DNA from: an uncultured Pseudomonadota bacterium
GTDB taxonomy: Bacteria > Myxococcota_A > Polyangia > Fen-1088
Direction: 5' to 3'
Length of the DNA stretch: 64,000 bases
Assembly (NCBI GenBank): GCA_963847705.1
Contig: CAWKBC010000021.1
Location: 160,001 to 224,000, forward strand
Part shown: piece by piece, positions 39,869 through 49,849 of the stretch
How positions within the stretch are numbered: the first letter of the stretch is position 1
How the letters are laid out: the number at the start of each line of letters is the position of its first letter
The notes under the pieces: generated by a model
The model's input: the letters and a program-made list of their open reading frames with translations, nothing else
What the model was told of the DNA's origin: nothing
Databases searched by the model: none
Position numbers and translations under genes: made by a program

Positions 39869-40105
39869 TCAGGTTTCTGAAGCAATCAGATCAAGGAACT
39901 CGAGCACAGTTAGACCGCATGCCAGGGCAGCACCCTCGAGGAATCCGCCTGCGTACGCGGCCGACGCTGGCAAGGTTTCCAGGTTCTCGACGACGCGTGT
40001 GCCGAAAAGAGCATCGGCATCTACCCCGGTGACCGTGGTCAGAGTGTTGAGCGCTTCTTCGACGGCTTCACGGAGTTCCATGGGAACGGGAGGTGTGGTG
40101 TCCAT
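39869..40105 (-). CDS. small acidic hypothetical protein (78 aa)
   Basis: RBS AAGGGAG before MDTTPP; helical, acidic. Confidence 0.55.
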   Translation of the reverse strand: MDTTPPVPMELREAVEEALNTLTTVTGVDADALFGTRVVENLETLPASAAYAGGFLEGAALACGLTVLEFLDLIASET

Positions 40106-40228
40106 TCGCGGGTCTCCCTTGGTTCGAGGGCAGGGCTGCGATCTCTGTTGGACGATAGCCTGAGCGGCATCGTGAGCAATCTCGAAATCGGCCGCGAGCG
40201 GACCGTCGTGACGTGCGATGCTCCGCTC

Positions 40229-43200
40229 GTGGCACGCCCGCTTCCGGAGGGAGTCTACGAGCATCCAATCACCCGGGAACTCGAGGCGGCGTTGCAGGCG
40301 CTCGATGCTGATCGACAACAGCTTGGCGCGATCGGAGACGCGGAGAGTCCCGCCGTCGTCGCTCGACATGTGGCACAGGAACTTGCCCGCGTACTTGACG
40401 GCACCGATATCAAGGACCGTGCGGAGGTCGCCCGTGCGCTAGGTGATCGACTGCTCGCGGAGATTGCGACGTTCGCCACGGCTCACCACCAGGACGAGGT
40501 GCCGGTCCTCGACCAACGACTCGCACCGCCGCCGCGTCGACTGCTCTCGATTCACAAAGGCCGACCGCCGGCTCGTCCAGAGACACCATTTTCGACATCC
40601 ACCCTGCTCACCCGGAATCGTGCTGAGCCGGCCCTTGGACGCGAGCTTGCATGCGAGCTAGGCACGGCCAATCGTGTAGATGCCATCGTCGCCTTCGTTA
40701 CGGTGGGCGGAGTTCGACTGCTCGGCGAGGCTCTTGAAGAATTCAGCGCTCGGGGCGTCGGACTTCGGTTTCGCTTGCTGACGACGGTCTTCAGCGGGAC
40801 CACAGAGATCGAGGCGATGGACCGCCTTGCACGGCTGCCCGGGGTACAAATCAAGATTTCCTACGACGTACGTCGGACACGACTTCACGCCAAGGCATGG
40901 CTCTTTCATCGCGACAGCGGCCTGTCGACGGCGTATGTCGGTTCGGCCAACCTTACGTCGACGGCGCTCGGCGGTGGCCAAGAGTGGATGGTCAAGGTCT
41001 GCGCGGCCGACCTCCCTCAGGTGATCGAGAAATTCGAAGGCACCTTCGACAGCCTCTGGGAGGATCCGGAGTTCGAGGCATACGATCCCGGTCAGGAAGA
41101 AGGTCGCACGCGCCTGCGATCCGCCCTGGGCGCCGAACGTTCGGGCTCGGACGTGCCGACTTCGCTGGTCTCGCTTCGGCCGCTCCCATTTCAGGAGGAG
41201 ATCCTCGATCGGCTAAGGGTCGAACGCGAGCTTCACGGGCGCCGCCGAAACCTTATCGTTGCCGCCACCGGCACTGGCAAGACTGTCATCGCCGCATGTG
41301 ACTACGCGCGCATCGCTGCCGCATTAGGCACGCGTCCCCGACTGCTCTTTCTCGCCCATCGGAAGGAGATCCTTCTGCAAGCGCGCGACACGTTCCGTCA
41401 TGCAATGCAGGACGGTGCCTTTGGTGAACTTCTGGTCGACGGCGACCGCCCTGAGGCTTACCAACACGTCTTCGCTACAATCCAGAGCTTCGCCGCGGCG
41501 GGGCTGATCGAGCGCCTCGGGCCCGCCCACTTTCACCACGTCGTCGTCGACGAGTGTCACCATCTCCCAGCGCCGTCGTATCAAAGCGTCGTTCTGCGCC
41601 TGCAACCCGACATCTTGGTCGGCCTCACTGCCACACCCGAACGCAGCGACGGGAAGTCACTGCTGCCCGACTTCGACGGTCATGTCGCGCACGAGCTTCG
41701 CCTGTGGCAAGCGCTAGACCAGCAACTTCTGGTTCCGTTCGAGTACTTCGGGATCTCAGACACCACGGATCTGCGAAGCGTCCGTTGGACACGCACCGGT
41801 TACGACCAGGCAGCGCTCTCCGACCTCTACACGGGCAACGATGCCCGCGCCGCGCTGGTGCTGGCACAACTGGCCCGCCGCGTCGGCGACCTGCGCATGA
41901 TCCGCGCACTCGGATTCTGCGTCAGTGTCGAGCACGCTAAGTTCATGGCCACGCAGTTTTGCATTGCCGGCACTCCTGCCCTGGCCGTCCACGGTGATTC
42001 GCCTGCCGACGAGCGCGCGCGCGCCGCCGCCCGTTTGCGTGAGCGCGAGGTGAACATCGTCTTTACGTGCGACCTTTACAATGAGGGCGTCGACCTCCCA
42101 TTCGTGGATTCGCTCCTGTTGTTGCGGCCCACTCAGAGCGCGACGCTATTCCTTCAACAGCTCGGCCGCGGTCTGCGCCATCACGAGCGTAAGGAGTCCT
42201 GTCTAGTTCTCGATTTTATTGGCCAACAGCATGAGCGTTTCCGCTTCGATGGTCTTTTCAGCGCCATGACAGGTGTGCCTCGTGCCCGGCTGACTAAAGC
42301 GGTCGCGGACGGCTTCCCCTATCTCCCGAGCGGCTGCACGGTCCAACTTGACCGCGTCGCTCGCGATGAGGTCCTTCGCTCGCTCCGACAGACGGTCGCC
42401 ACCGCCCGTACGATGGTGCCTGAACTCAAAGAGCTCGCCGCCGAGAAATCGGGCGCGTTGTCATTGCGCGAGTACCTCGCCGCGACAGGTCGCGAACTCG
42501 AAGATATCTATGCGGCCGGCGGCTGGACGACATTGAAGCGCCGGGCGCGCTTGGCCGACGGCGATGATGCCGAGACGGAGGATCTCAGTCGTCGACTTGG
42601 ATGGTTACTACACATCGACGAGCCTGCGCGGCTGCAAGCCCAAGGGTTGGCCATCTCCCTACCTGACGGCGGCCAGGTCGACGGGGCACTCTCAGCAATC
42701 GATAAGAGGCGGATCGAGATGCTCGACGCTCAGCTTTGGCCTCGTGGTGAGGTCCGATCCGCCGAGGAGACAGTACATGCCCTGACGGAGCGTCCAGGCA
42801 TTGCGGCGGAGGTGGGTGAATTACAGGAGGTCCTAAACGAGCGGATAGTCGTTGCGAGCGCGATCTATCCGGTACCGGAGTGGCCGCTCTGCCTGCATCA
42901 CCACTACTCGCGGCGGGAGATCGTGGCCGCAGTAGGGTTTGTTGGACAGGGGGAGAAGAAGAAGAGTCTTCAAGGAGGCATCCTCACGCTGAAGGACCGT
43001 CCGTGCGAGTTGCTTTTCGTTACGCTCGACAAGACCGGTGCTGGCTTCTCGCCCACCACCCGCTATCGAGACTACGCGATCAGCCGAGACCTGTTTCACT
43101 GGGAGACGCAAGGGGCGGCGAGCGTATCGCGCCCGAGTGGGCGTCGGTATATAGAGAGCCCAGGCAACGGTATGACGTTCCAGCTATTCGTCCGGCTGGG

Positions 43201-43342
43201 GCCAGACGACGCGTTCGCGTACCTGGGCCCTGCGCTTTATGTGCGACACGAGGGCGACCGACCGATCGCGATCACTTGGAAGTTGGAGGCCCCGATGCCC
43301 GGGGGACTCTTTGAGAAATACGCGACTTTGGCAACGTCGTAG
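40229..43342 (+). CDS. PLD-nuclease/SF2 helicase/DUF3427 protein (SauUSI-like type IV restriction enzyme)
   Basis: LHAKAW...GSANLT (PLD), AATGTGKT, DECHH, TATPER, QQLGRGLR, YRDYAIS..LFHWETQ; upstream in-frame start at 40148 possible. Confidence 0.9.
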   Translation: MARPLPEGVYEHPITRELEAALQALDADRQQLGAIGDAESPAVVARHVAQELARVLDGTDIKDRAEVARALGDRLLAEIATFATAHHQDEVPVLDQRLAPPPRRLLSIHKGRPPARPETPFSTSTLLTRNRAEPALGRELACELGTANRVDAIVAFVTVGGVRLLGEALEEFSARGVGLRFRLLTTVFSGTTEIEAMDRLARLPGVQIKISYDVRRTRLHAKAWLFHRDSGLSTAYVGSANLTSTALGGGQEWMVKVCAADLPQVIEKFEGTFDSLWEDPEFEAYDPGQEEGRTRLRSALGAERSGSDVPTSLVSLRPLPFQEEILDRLRVERELHGRRRNLIVAATGTGKTVIAACDYARIAAALGTRPRLLFLAHRKEILLQARDTFRHAMQDGAFGELLVDGDRPEAYQHVFATIQSFAAAGLIERLGPAHFHHVVVDECHHLPAPSYQSVVLRLQPDILVGLTATPERSDGKSLLPDFDGHVAHELRLWQALDQQLLVPFEYFGISDTTDLRSVRWTRTGYDQAALSDLYTGNDARAALVLAQLARRVGDLRMIRALGFCVSVEHAKFMATQFCIAGTPALAVHGDSPADERARAAARLREREVNIVFTCDLYNEGVDLPFVDSLLLLRPTQSATLFLQQLGRGLRHHERKESCLVLDFIGQQHERFRFDGLFSAMTGVPRARLTKAVADGFPYLPSGCTVQLDRVARDEVLRSLRQTVATARTMVPELKELAAEKSGALSLREYLAATGRELEDIYAAGGWTTLKRRARLADGDDAETEDLSRRLGWLLHIDEPARLQAQGLAISLPDGGQVDGALSAIDKRRIEMLDAQLWPRGEVRSAEETVHALTERPGIAAEVGELQEVLNERIVVASAIYPVPEWPLCLHHHYSRREIVAAVGFVGQGEKKKSLQGGILTLKDRPCELLFVTLDKTGAGFSPTTRYRDYAISRDLFHWETQGAASVSRPSGRRYIESPGNGMTFQLFVRLGPDDAFAYLGPALYVRHEGDRPIAITWKLEAPMPGGLFEKYATLATS

Positions 43343-43407
43343 GACCTCGGCACGACCAAGCCCCCTGCTCATCGCGGCCCCCGCGGGATGAGTTATATAG
43401 ACAGCCC

Positions 43408-43782
43408 GTGGCGTTGGACGTGAAACATCTGCATCTCGCCTCGCGCGATCACGCCGTGAGCCGGCGTTTCTACGAGGCCTACTTCGGCTTTCGGTTCGAC
43501 AGTCTGTTTCCACGCGGCGATCAGCCCGAAGCGACCATCCTGCGCTCGGCGGGCGCCTTCCAAATCTACCTCGAGGGCGCGAGCGACGACCGACTGCCCG
43601 GGTGGTTCCACTTCGGGTTCCTCGTCGAGTCGGACGCCGCTTGCCGCGAGTTGCACGATCGCATGCGGCAGGATCAGGTGCCGATCGCGCGACCGCTCAT
43701 CTCCGAACCGTTCACCAAGTACTTCTGTACCGATCCGGACGGCCACCTACTCCAAGTCTATTTCGATCCGCACGCGACATAG
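43408..43782 (+). CDS. VOC/glyoxalase family protein
   Basis: HLHL...SRRFYE..FGF, FHFGF, DPDGHLLQV. Confidence 0.85.
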   Translation: MALDVKHLHLASRDHAVSRRFYEAYFGFRFDSLFPRGDQPEATILRSAGAFQIYLEGASDDRLPGWFHFGFLVESDAACRELHDRMRQDQVPIARPLISEPFTKYFCTDPDGHLLQVYFDPHAT

Positions 43783-43801
43783 TGGCTCGGGTCGCCAGGC
43801 A

Positions 43802-44140
43802 TCACTGGATGTCCCACGCCTCCTGGAGCCACCCCACGAGGCTCTCCTCTTCGACCGAAATCGAATCCGCCCCCGCCAACCCCAGCACCGACTCATAAAT
43901 CAACTCCCGCGCCTCCGCCCGCTCGATGCTCCCCAAGAACTTCTTCAGCGCGGCCTCATCCGGAAACGACTCCGCCGCCTTGGCGAACAGCCTCCGGTAC
44001 GTCGCCTCCCCGATCTCCGCCGCCATGATCGCGATCGCCTCCCCCTCCAGCTCCGACACCTTCCCGTCCGCCCGCGCCACGGCCCGGCTCAACGCCACCA
44101 GCGCCAGGCTCTCCTCAGGCAAAAGGTCGCTCAAATGCAT
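43802..44140 (-). CDS. TerB-like protein
   Basis: ARADGKVSELE and AGADSISVEEE motifs. Confidence 0.75.
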   Translation of the reverse strand: MHLSDLLPEESLALVALSRAVARADGKVSELEGEAIAIMAAEIGEATYRRLFAKAAESFPDEAALKKFLGSIERAEARELIYESVLGLAGADSISVEEESLVGWLQEAWDIQ

Positions 44141-44151
44141 CGCTCGCTCCC

Positions 44152-45699
44152 TCACACCCGGACGACGTTCCGCCCGGCCTGCTTCGCCGCGTACAGCGCC
44201 GCATCCGCGCGCTCCACCAGCTTATCGAAATCAAGCCCAGGCGCGTGCGCCCCGAGCCCGATCGAGACAGTGACCTCCAGCGCCAGCCCCTTGCCGCCGT
44301 CGCCGTCGCCGATCCGAATCGGCCACCCGCCCACCGCAACCCGCAGCCGCTCGGCCACCGCCCCCGCCTCCTCAACATTCGTCTCGGGAAACACGACCAG
44401 GAACTCCTCACCGCCGTAACGCCCGAACAAATCGTTCGTCCGCAGCGTCTGCCGGCAGCGCGCCGAGATCTCCCGCAGCACCTCGTCGCCGGTCTGATGG
44501 CCGTAGGTGTCGTTGATCCGCTTGAAGTGGTCGGCGTCGATCATCGCGACCGCCAGCGGGCGGGCGTGGCGCGCGGCGCGGTCGACCTCCTTGCGGAGCA
44601 GGTCCTCGATGTGGCGGCGGTTGAAGACGCCCGTCAGCGCGTCGTGGGTCGCCTGTTCCAGCAGGTCCTCGCGGGCCTGCCGCTGCGCCGTGATGTCGAC
44701 GATCGCCGCCAGCAGCGCGTCGTCGCCGGCGTACCGCAGGCGCTGGCCGGAGAGCGACGCCCAGAACGTTCGCCCGCCGCGCGTGCGCATCTGGGCTTCG
44801 AAGTCGTCGACGCGGCCGTGGCGAAAGATCTGGGCCAGGTATCGGTCGCGCTCGGCCACGTCCACCCAGTGCTGGGGGGTGTGGCGGCCCGAAACCTCTT
44901 CCAGCGGGACATCGAAAGTGGTGCCCGCCCGCCGGTTGGCGAGCAGGACCGTGCTGTCGGCGATGCGGGTCAGCACCATCGCCACCGGCGAGAAGTCCAC
45001 CAGCGCGCGCAGGTTGGCCTCGCTCTCCTGCAGGTCGCGCGTGCGCTCGCTGATCTTCGTCTCCAGCGCGTCCCGCTCGACGCGCAGGGCGTCCTCGATC
45101 TCGTGCCAGGCGGCGGTCTCCAGCACCAGGGCGACGAAGTCCGCGAAGGAGCTGGCGAGCAGCTCCTCGTGCAGCTTCCAGCGGCGGGGTTTCCCCGTGT
45201 GCTCGTGGCAGACGACGCCCGCCATCTTGCCCCGCAGAAAGACCGGGGCGTCGAGCATCGAGGTGATGCCCAGCGGCTCCAGGTACGACGCGGAGAACTC
45301 GCGGGTGCGCTCGTCGGTCAGGGCGTCGTGGGCGCGGATCGACCGTTCCTCTTGCAGCGCCTCGAAATAGCGCGGCACGTCGGCCGCCCGGATGCGCGTG
45401 CCGGCCGTGTGCCGGCCCTGCGCCCGCTCATAGAGATCGATGCACTCGATCGCCCCGCCGCCGTCGACCAGGCGCCAGATGCTGGTGCGATCGACCTCCA
45501 GCACGTCGGCCGCGGTCTCGGTGATCTGCTTGAACGCGCGGCTGACGTCCCCCTCTCCCAGGGCCTGCGAACGCATCAGATCCGCCAGCGCCTTGCGGTG
45601 CGCCGACAGCTCGCCTTCGAGGTCGCGCGCCGGCTTCAGATCGAGGCTGCCGGACTCCGCCACGGCGAGCGGGCGGCCCTTGACGTTCCCGGTTCCCAC
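44152..45699 (-). CDS. diguanylate cyclase (GAF-PAS-GGDEF)
   Basis: GAF (SMLDAPV...GVVCHEH), PAS, DALTG, DADHFKRIND, RYGGEEF. Confidence 0.93.
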   Translation of the reverse strand: MGTGNVKGRPLAVAESGSLDLKPARDLEGELSAHRKALADLMRSQALGEGDVSRAFKQITETAADVLEVDRTSIWRLVDGGGAIECIDLYERAQGRHTAGTRIRAADVPRYFEALQEERSIRAHDALTDERTREFSASYLEPLGITSMLDAPVFLRGKMAGVVCHEHTGKPRRWKLHEELLASSFADFVALVLETAAWHEIEDALRVERDALETKISERTRDLQESEANLRALVDFSPVAMVLTRIADSTVLLANRRAGTTFDVPLEEVSGRHTPQHWVDVAERDRYLAQIFRHGRVDDFEAQMRTRGGRTFWASLSGQRLRYAGDDALLAAIVDITAQRQAREDLLEQATHDALTGVFNRRHIEDLLRKEVDRAARHARPLAVAMIDADHFKRINDTYGHQTGDEVLREISARCRQTLRTNDLFGRYGGEEFLVVFPETNVEEAGAVAERLRVAVGGWPIRIGDGDGGKGLALEVTVSIGLGAHAPGLDFDKLVERADAALYAAKQAGRNVVRV

Positions 45700-45835
45700 G
45701 AGCTCCCGACGAGGGTATCACGGGCGGTCGGCGCCGGAATTCCGCCGGTTCGGCGGCGGTCGGCTTGTCGGCGGCCTGGCCGGCGCCCGGCGCGCTCCGG
45801 CGCGGCGACTCCGTGACCAGCGGTCCGCGCGGCGT

Positions 45836-46834
45836 TCAGGCGTAGCGCTTGGCGGCCCGCCGCAGCTCCCCCGCCACCGCCTCCCGCAGCTCCGCCGGCT
45901 CCACCACCCGCGCGTCCCCTCCGAACCCCAGCACCCACCCCACCACCTCCGTCGTCCCCCGCACCTCCATCGTCATCTCCAGCCCCGCCGCCGTCCGCTT
46001 GAACCGTTGCGTGGGGTGCCACAGGACCCGCTCCACGTAGCGCGCCACCTTCGGGTCGAACAGGATCCGCACGCGCGTCACCTCCGACCCGCGGATCAAC
46101 CCGAAGGCCCCCTCGGTCAGCTGCTCGGGGCGGTAGTCGGCCGGGTAGTCGAACGCGTCGCCCCGCAGCCACTCGACCTCCCGGAACGCATCCAGCGCAA
46201 ACGTCCGGAGCGCGCCCGCGTGCCCCTCGCTCCGCCCCACCAGATACAACCCCTTCTTGTAGACCATCAGGGTGTACGGCTCGAGGACGAAGGTCTTCCT
46301 GCCGCCCGAGACGCTCTCGTGGGTGACCCGCAGGCGCTCCTCGCGCAAGAGCGCGGTGACGATGTCGTTCACGTCCTCGATCCGCCCCTCGTAGAGGTGG
46401 CGGGCCTCGTTCACGTCGAAGACCTTGCGATCGAGGTTGCGGGCGGCGGCGAAGTCCTTGCGGCGGAGCTGCGCCTCCAGCTTGCCGAAGAGATCGTCCA
46501 GGTCCTCCTTGAACCCGGTGCCGGCCAGGAAGTCGAACACGCGGCGGGAGAGAAACAGCGCCACCATCTGGGCGGTCGTCAGGGTCACCGTCTGCTGGCG
46601 GGCGCTGGCCATCAGGCGCCAGACCTTGCGCCGCCCCTCGACCTCCTCGTAGAGCGGCTCGCCCGCCATCTGCAGCGCGCGGATGTAGCGGATCGCCGTG
46701 CGGACGCTGACGGCGAACCGCTCGGCGATGTCGTAGACGCTGGCCCCCTCGCCGCTGTTGAGCAGGCCGCGCACCTCGGCGAGGCGGCGGGCGGGGGCGT
46801 AGCGCTCGGCGCGGGGCGGTCGGCGGGCGGGCAT
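45836..46834 (-). CDS. WYL-domain transcriptional regulator (wHTH-WYL-WCX; PafB/DriD-like)
   Basis: IAERFAVSVRTAIRYI HTH; LEPYTL...LYLVG...RTFALD; WVLGFG...VVEPAELR. Confidence 0.92.
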   Translation of the reverse strand: MPARRPPRAERYAPARRLAEVRGLLNSGEGASVYDIAERFAVSVRTAIRYIRALQMAGEPLYEEVEGRRKVWRLMASARQQTVTLTTAQMVALFLSRRVFDFLAGTGFKEDLDDLFGKLEAQLRRKDFAAARNLDRKVFDVNEARHLYEGRIEDVNDIVTALLREERLRVTHESVSGGRKTFVLEPYTLMVYKKGLYLVGRSEGHAGALRTFALDAFREVEWLRGDAFDYPADYRPEQLTEGAFGLIRGSEVTRVRILFDPKVARYVERVLWHPTQRFKRTAAGLEMTMEVRGTTEVVGWVLGFGGDARVVEPAELREAVAGELRRAAKRYA

Positions 46835-46839
46835 CTGGG

Positions 46840-46856
46840 CTGACCCAGTCTGTCAT
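46840..46856. promoter_or_regulatory. putative WYL regulator box (autoregulatory)
   Basis: CTGAC-CCAGTCT-GTCAT 5 bp from the WYL start; 13/17 identical to the recA box. Confidence 0.65.
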
Positions 46857-46928
46857 GGGACCGGAAGAAACGGCGGCGCGGGCCGACGCCCTCCTGGTCA
46901 GCTCGGGCCGCCCGGCCGCTGCGTGCCG

Positions 46929-49286
46929 CTACGGATTGTACTCGAAGGCCCCCATGTCCCAGGAGGAGCCCTGCGGCCGCGCGACGCGATAGAAGTCTTC
47001 GTAGTCGTGGGTGTTGGTCCCGGTGTTGATCGCGGGCGAGGTGCTCTGAAGGACGTAGTTCGACGGCTGCGTCGGCGAGATGCTGCTGTCGGCCGGGCGG
47101 CTGACGAATTGCGGATCGGTGGTGATGCCGTGCGCCCCCACGTTGGGCGCGCTCGGCTTCGCGTTTGGTGAGTACATGTCGTTGTAGTCGATGGTCTCGG
47201 TGCCGGCGCCGTCGGCGGAGACCATCTGGCTCCCCGCGCTGGTGTTGCCCTGCCAGAAGATGTTGTTGAGGAACGTCGCTGCCCCGGTGGTGATCTCATG
47301 CACCGCGAACTGGACGGCGAAATTGTTGGGCCTGGGAGAAGGCGGATTCACGTAGGCGGTGTTGTTTTCGACGAACACCTGGTCGATGTAGTTCGCCGGC
47401 ATCAAGGGATAGTTGGCTCCGTAGCCGACGTAGAAGGCGACGTCGCCGTTGACGACCAGGTTGTTTCTCGCCTCCACCTTGCTCGCGTTGAGCGTCAGCC
47501 CGGTGCCGTCCTGGGCGGGCCAGTCCACCACGTTTCCTTCGAACAGCGCGTAGTCCGGACCGCCGGTGGAGGTCGCGTTCGTCGGACCGATCCCGCAGGG
47601 GTGGTCGACGGTGTTGCCGGCCACCACGGTGTTCTTCATGTCGCCGTGGATGGTGAACGCGGTGTAGATGTTTCCGGTGGGGCCGACCGTGATGGTGTTG
47701 TCTGTCAGGACGTTGTTCACCTTGCACTGTCCGGAGCCGTCCTCGCAGGCGTTCAGCCGAACGCCGTGGAGGGACTGCGCCACACTTCCACCCGAGAAAT
47801 TGATGATCCTGTTGCCGACGATGGCGAGGTTGCTGGCGCTGGCGTAGATGCCGTACGCCGTGAAGTCGTGCATGTAGTTGTCGAAGATGAACGAGTTGAC
47901 GGAGCCGTCCGGATAGATGTTCTCCTGTTTGGTCCCCGGCGCGCCCAGACCCTCCATCTCGACATACTCGACCAGGCTGTTGGTGCTGGGGAGCCAGAAC
48001 CACACGTTCATCCCGTTGGTGGAAACCAGATGGAGATGCTGAAAGCGCAGGTCGTTCGCGCTCACGTTGAACTGTGTGTTGGCGTTGACCGCCGTGGTGA
48101 TGACCGGGTCGGCGGTCGAGGCATGGTTGGGGTCGGTGTAGGCACTCATCAGGAAGGGACCGGCGGTCGCGTAATTGACGCTGCCGATGGCGTCCCCGGC
48201 GAAGGTGTCGCCGCGACGGAACAAGATCGTGTTGTTCGTCGCGTAGCCCACGCTGACGGCGTGGGCCGGCGTCAAGAACGGCGAGGACATGCTGGTGCCG
48301 TTGTTGGAGTCGCTGCCGCTGGAGGCCACATAGTAGGTGGTCCCGCGCATCGCGGTCACGGTGATCGTCGTGGTGGTGCTCCCGGCGCTCCCCCCCAGAT
48401 CGTGGACGCGCGTGACGACGTTGTAGGTGCCGGGGCTGTCGAAAACGTGACTGGCGATGAAGCCGATCGCGCCGTCGTGCGCACTCGACGGGTCGTTGAA
48501 GTCCCAGGTCCAGTTGGCGCGCCAGTAGTTCGAGCCCGAGAGCCCGCTCGTGCTGGTCGCGTCGAAGAAGACGCCACAGGGGGCTGCGCAGCTCGTTCGA
48601 TTGGCGACGACGGTGGGCTTGATCGTGCCACCCGTGCAGGCGCTGACGTTGAACTGGCAGCTCGACGAGCAGGAGAGCGAGCCTCCGGAGTAACCCAGCG
48701 AGGCGCAGGTGGCGCTCTGCAGGTCGCTTCCATCGCAGCTCTCGCCGGGATCCACCTGGCCGTTTCCGCAGGTTCCCGTGCTGCCCGTGCTGCCGCCGGT
48801 GGAGGCACTCACGGTCCCGGAGGTGCCTCCCGACTGGCTTCCGGTGGTGCCACCGGTGGAAGCACTGGTGGTGCCACCGGTGGCCGCGCTGGCGGTCCCG
48901 GAGGTGCCTCCCGACCGACTTGAGGTGGTGCCACCGGTGGCCGCGCTGGCGGTCCCGGAGGTGCCTCCCGACCGACTTGCGGTGGTGCCACCGGTGGCCG
49001 CGCTGGCGGTCCCGGAGGTGCCTCCCGACTGGCTTGCGGTGGTGCCACCGGTGGCCGCGCTCGGGGTCCCCGAGGTGCCTCCCGACTGGCTTCCGGTGGC
49101 GCTCCCCGTGCCCGCGCTCGCGGTCCCCGAGGCGCTTCCCGACGACTGGCCTCCGCTGGGGCCGCTCGCCACGTTGCTGGAGGCGTTCACGTCACTGCCG
49201 CCTGCACTCTCAAAGGTGCCTTGGCAACCAATCGAGGTTCCCAGTGATGCGCAGAAGATGCCAACCAGCCAATGTCTTCTCAGCAT
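46929..49286 (-). CDS. secreted lipoprotein with PKD domain and probable right-handed beta-helix
   Basis: SIGC lipobox, S/T/G repeats, CGNGQVDPGESCDG module, WTWDFND...HVFDSPGTY PKD, YYVASSGSDSNNG, DMGAFEY end. Confidence 0.82.
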   Translation of the reverse strand: MLRRHWLVGIFCASLGTSIGCQGTFESAGGSDVNASSNVASGPSGGQSSGSASGTASAGTGSATGSQSGGTSGTPSAATGGTTASQSGGTSGTASAATGGTTASRSGGTSGTASAATGGTTSSRSGGTSGTASAATGGTTSASTGGTTGSQSGGTSGTVSASTGGSTGSTGTCGNGQVDPGESCDGSDLQSATCASLGYSGGSLSCSSSCQFNVSACTGGTIKPTVVANRTSCAAPCGVFFDATSTSGLSGSNYWRANWTWDFNDPSSAHDGAIGFIASHVFDSPGTYNVVTRVHDLGGSAGSTTTTITVTAMRGTTYYVASSGSDSNNGTSMSSPFLTPAHAVSVGYATNNTILFRRGDTFAGDAIGSVNYATAGPFLMSAYTDPNHASTADPVITTAVNANTQFNVSANDLRFQHLHLVSTNGMNVWFWLPSTNSLVEYVEMEGLGAPGTKQENIYPDGSVNSFIFDNYMHDFTAYGIYASASNLAIVGNRIINFSGGSVAQSLHGVRLNACEDGSGQCKVNNVLTDNTITVGPTGNIYTAFTIHGDMKNTVVAGNTVDHPCGIGPTNATSTGGPDYALFEGNVVDWPAQDGTGLTLNASKVEARNNLVVNGDVAFYVGYGANYPLMPANYIDQVFVENNTAYVNPPSPRPNNFAVQFAVHEITTGAATFLNNIFWQGNTSAGSQMVSADGAGTETIDYNDMYSPNAKPSAPNVGAHGITTDPQFVSRPADSSISPTQPSNYVLQSTSPAINTGTNTHDYEDFYRVARPQGSSWDMGAFEYNP
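48790..49110. repeat. 45-bp coding tandem repeat (SQSGGTSGTASAATGGTT-like linker)
   Basis: Repeated GGTGGTGCCACCGGTGGCCGCGCTGGCGGTCCCGGAGGTGCCTCCCGAC. Confidence 0.8.
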
Positions 49287-49500
49287 TCGAGGTGACTCCT
49301 TGCAATCGAGCGGGCCGGCGGGCCGACGATCGCGGCCAGTGTGGCAGCGATCACAAGAGCGCCGGGGGATAGGTGCGACGGACCGGATGTTCCGGTGAGT
49401 CGGACGAGACGGGGTCGATAAGCGTCTCTAAGGTCTCCTGCAGGGCCTGTTATTGATGCTTGCTCGCGTGATCGCTACAAAGGGGGGCGGTGGGAAGGGG

Positions 49501-49614
49501 GCCGGCGAAGGCAACGGCAGCCCGGAGCTCGACCGCTGAAGACCAGCGGACACCCGGTGGTTCCTCTTGGGCAACCATCGGAATTTCTCCGGCACCGTCG
49601 ACACTTTCGCCGGC
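49501..49614 (-). ncRNA. candidate structured leader/sRNA (four-way junction)
   Basis: 9-bp outer helix GCCGGCGAA/TTCGCCGGC, inner helix with G-U pairs on the minus strand, three enclosed hairpins. Confidence 0.4.
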
Positions 49615-49790
49615 GTCGTTGTTGGGGGATCTTTGTTAGCAGCTTCGTGCGTGTGGGTTCAAGAAATAATGTCCGGGGGCGGTCGTTTTTGTGTTGCAAG
49701 TCGGCACGTTGACTCACGTCGTCCGACATCCATCCGGACATCGTCGATCCGGCGGACTGGGCGGAGCCGCGCCGAGAGCTCGCCTCCGGT

Positions 49791-49823
49791 CTGACCCGTT
49801 TTGTCAGAGGTGAGAGTTACGGT
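49791..49823 (+). promoter_or_regulatory. WYL box plus RecA-NDp/PafBC-type promoter of recA
   Basis: CTGAC-N7-GTCAG palindrome; TGTCAG-N10-TA-N3-T (TTGTCAGAG-GTGAGAGT-TACGGT). Confidence 0.72.
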
Positions 49824-49849
49824 GGGCTCATCGAAAAGGAGCGCCACCC

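Noticed and set aside
49501-49614. c-di-GMP-I riboswitch or tRNA
   Set aside because: No GGCAAAC/GACGCAAA consensus; no TTC loop or tRNA arm lengths
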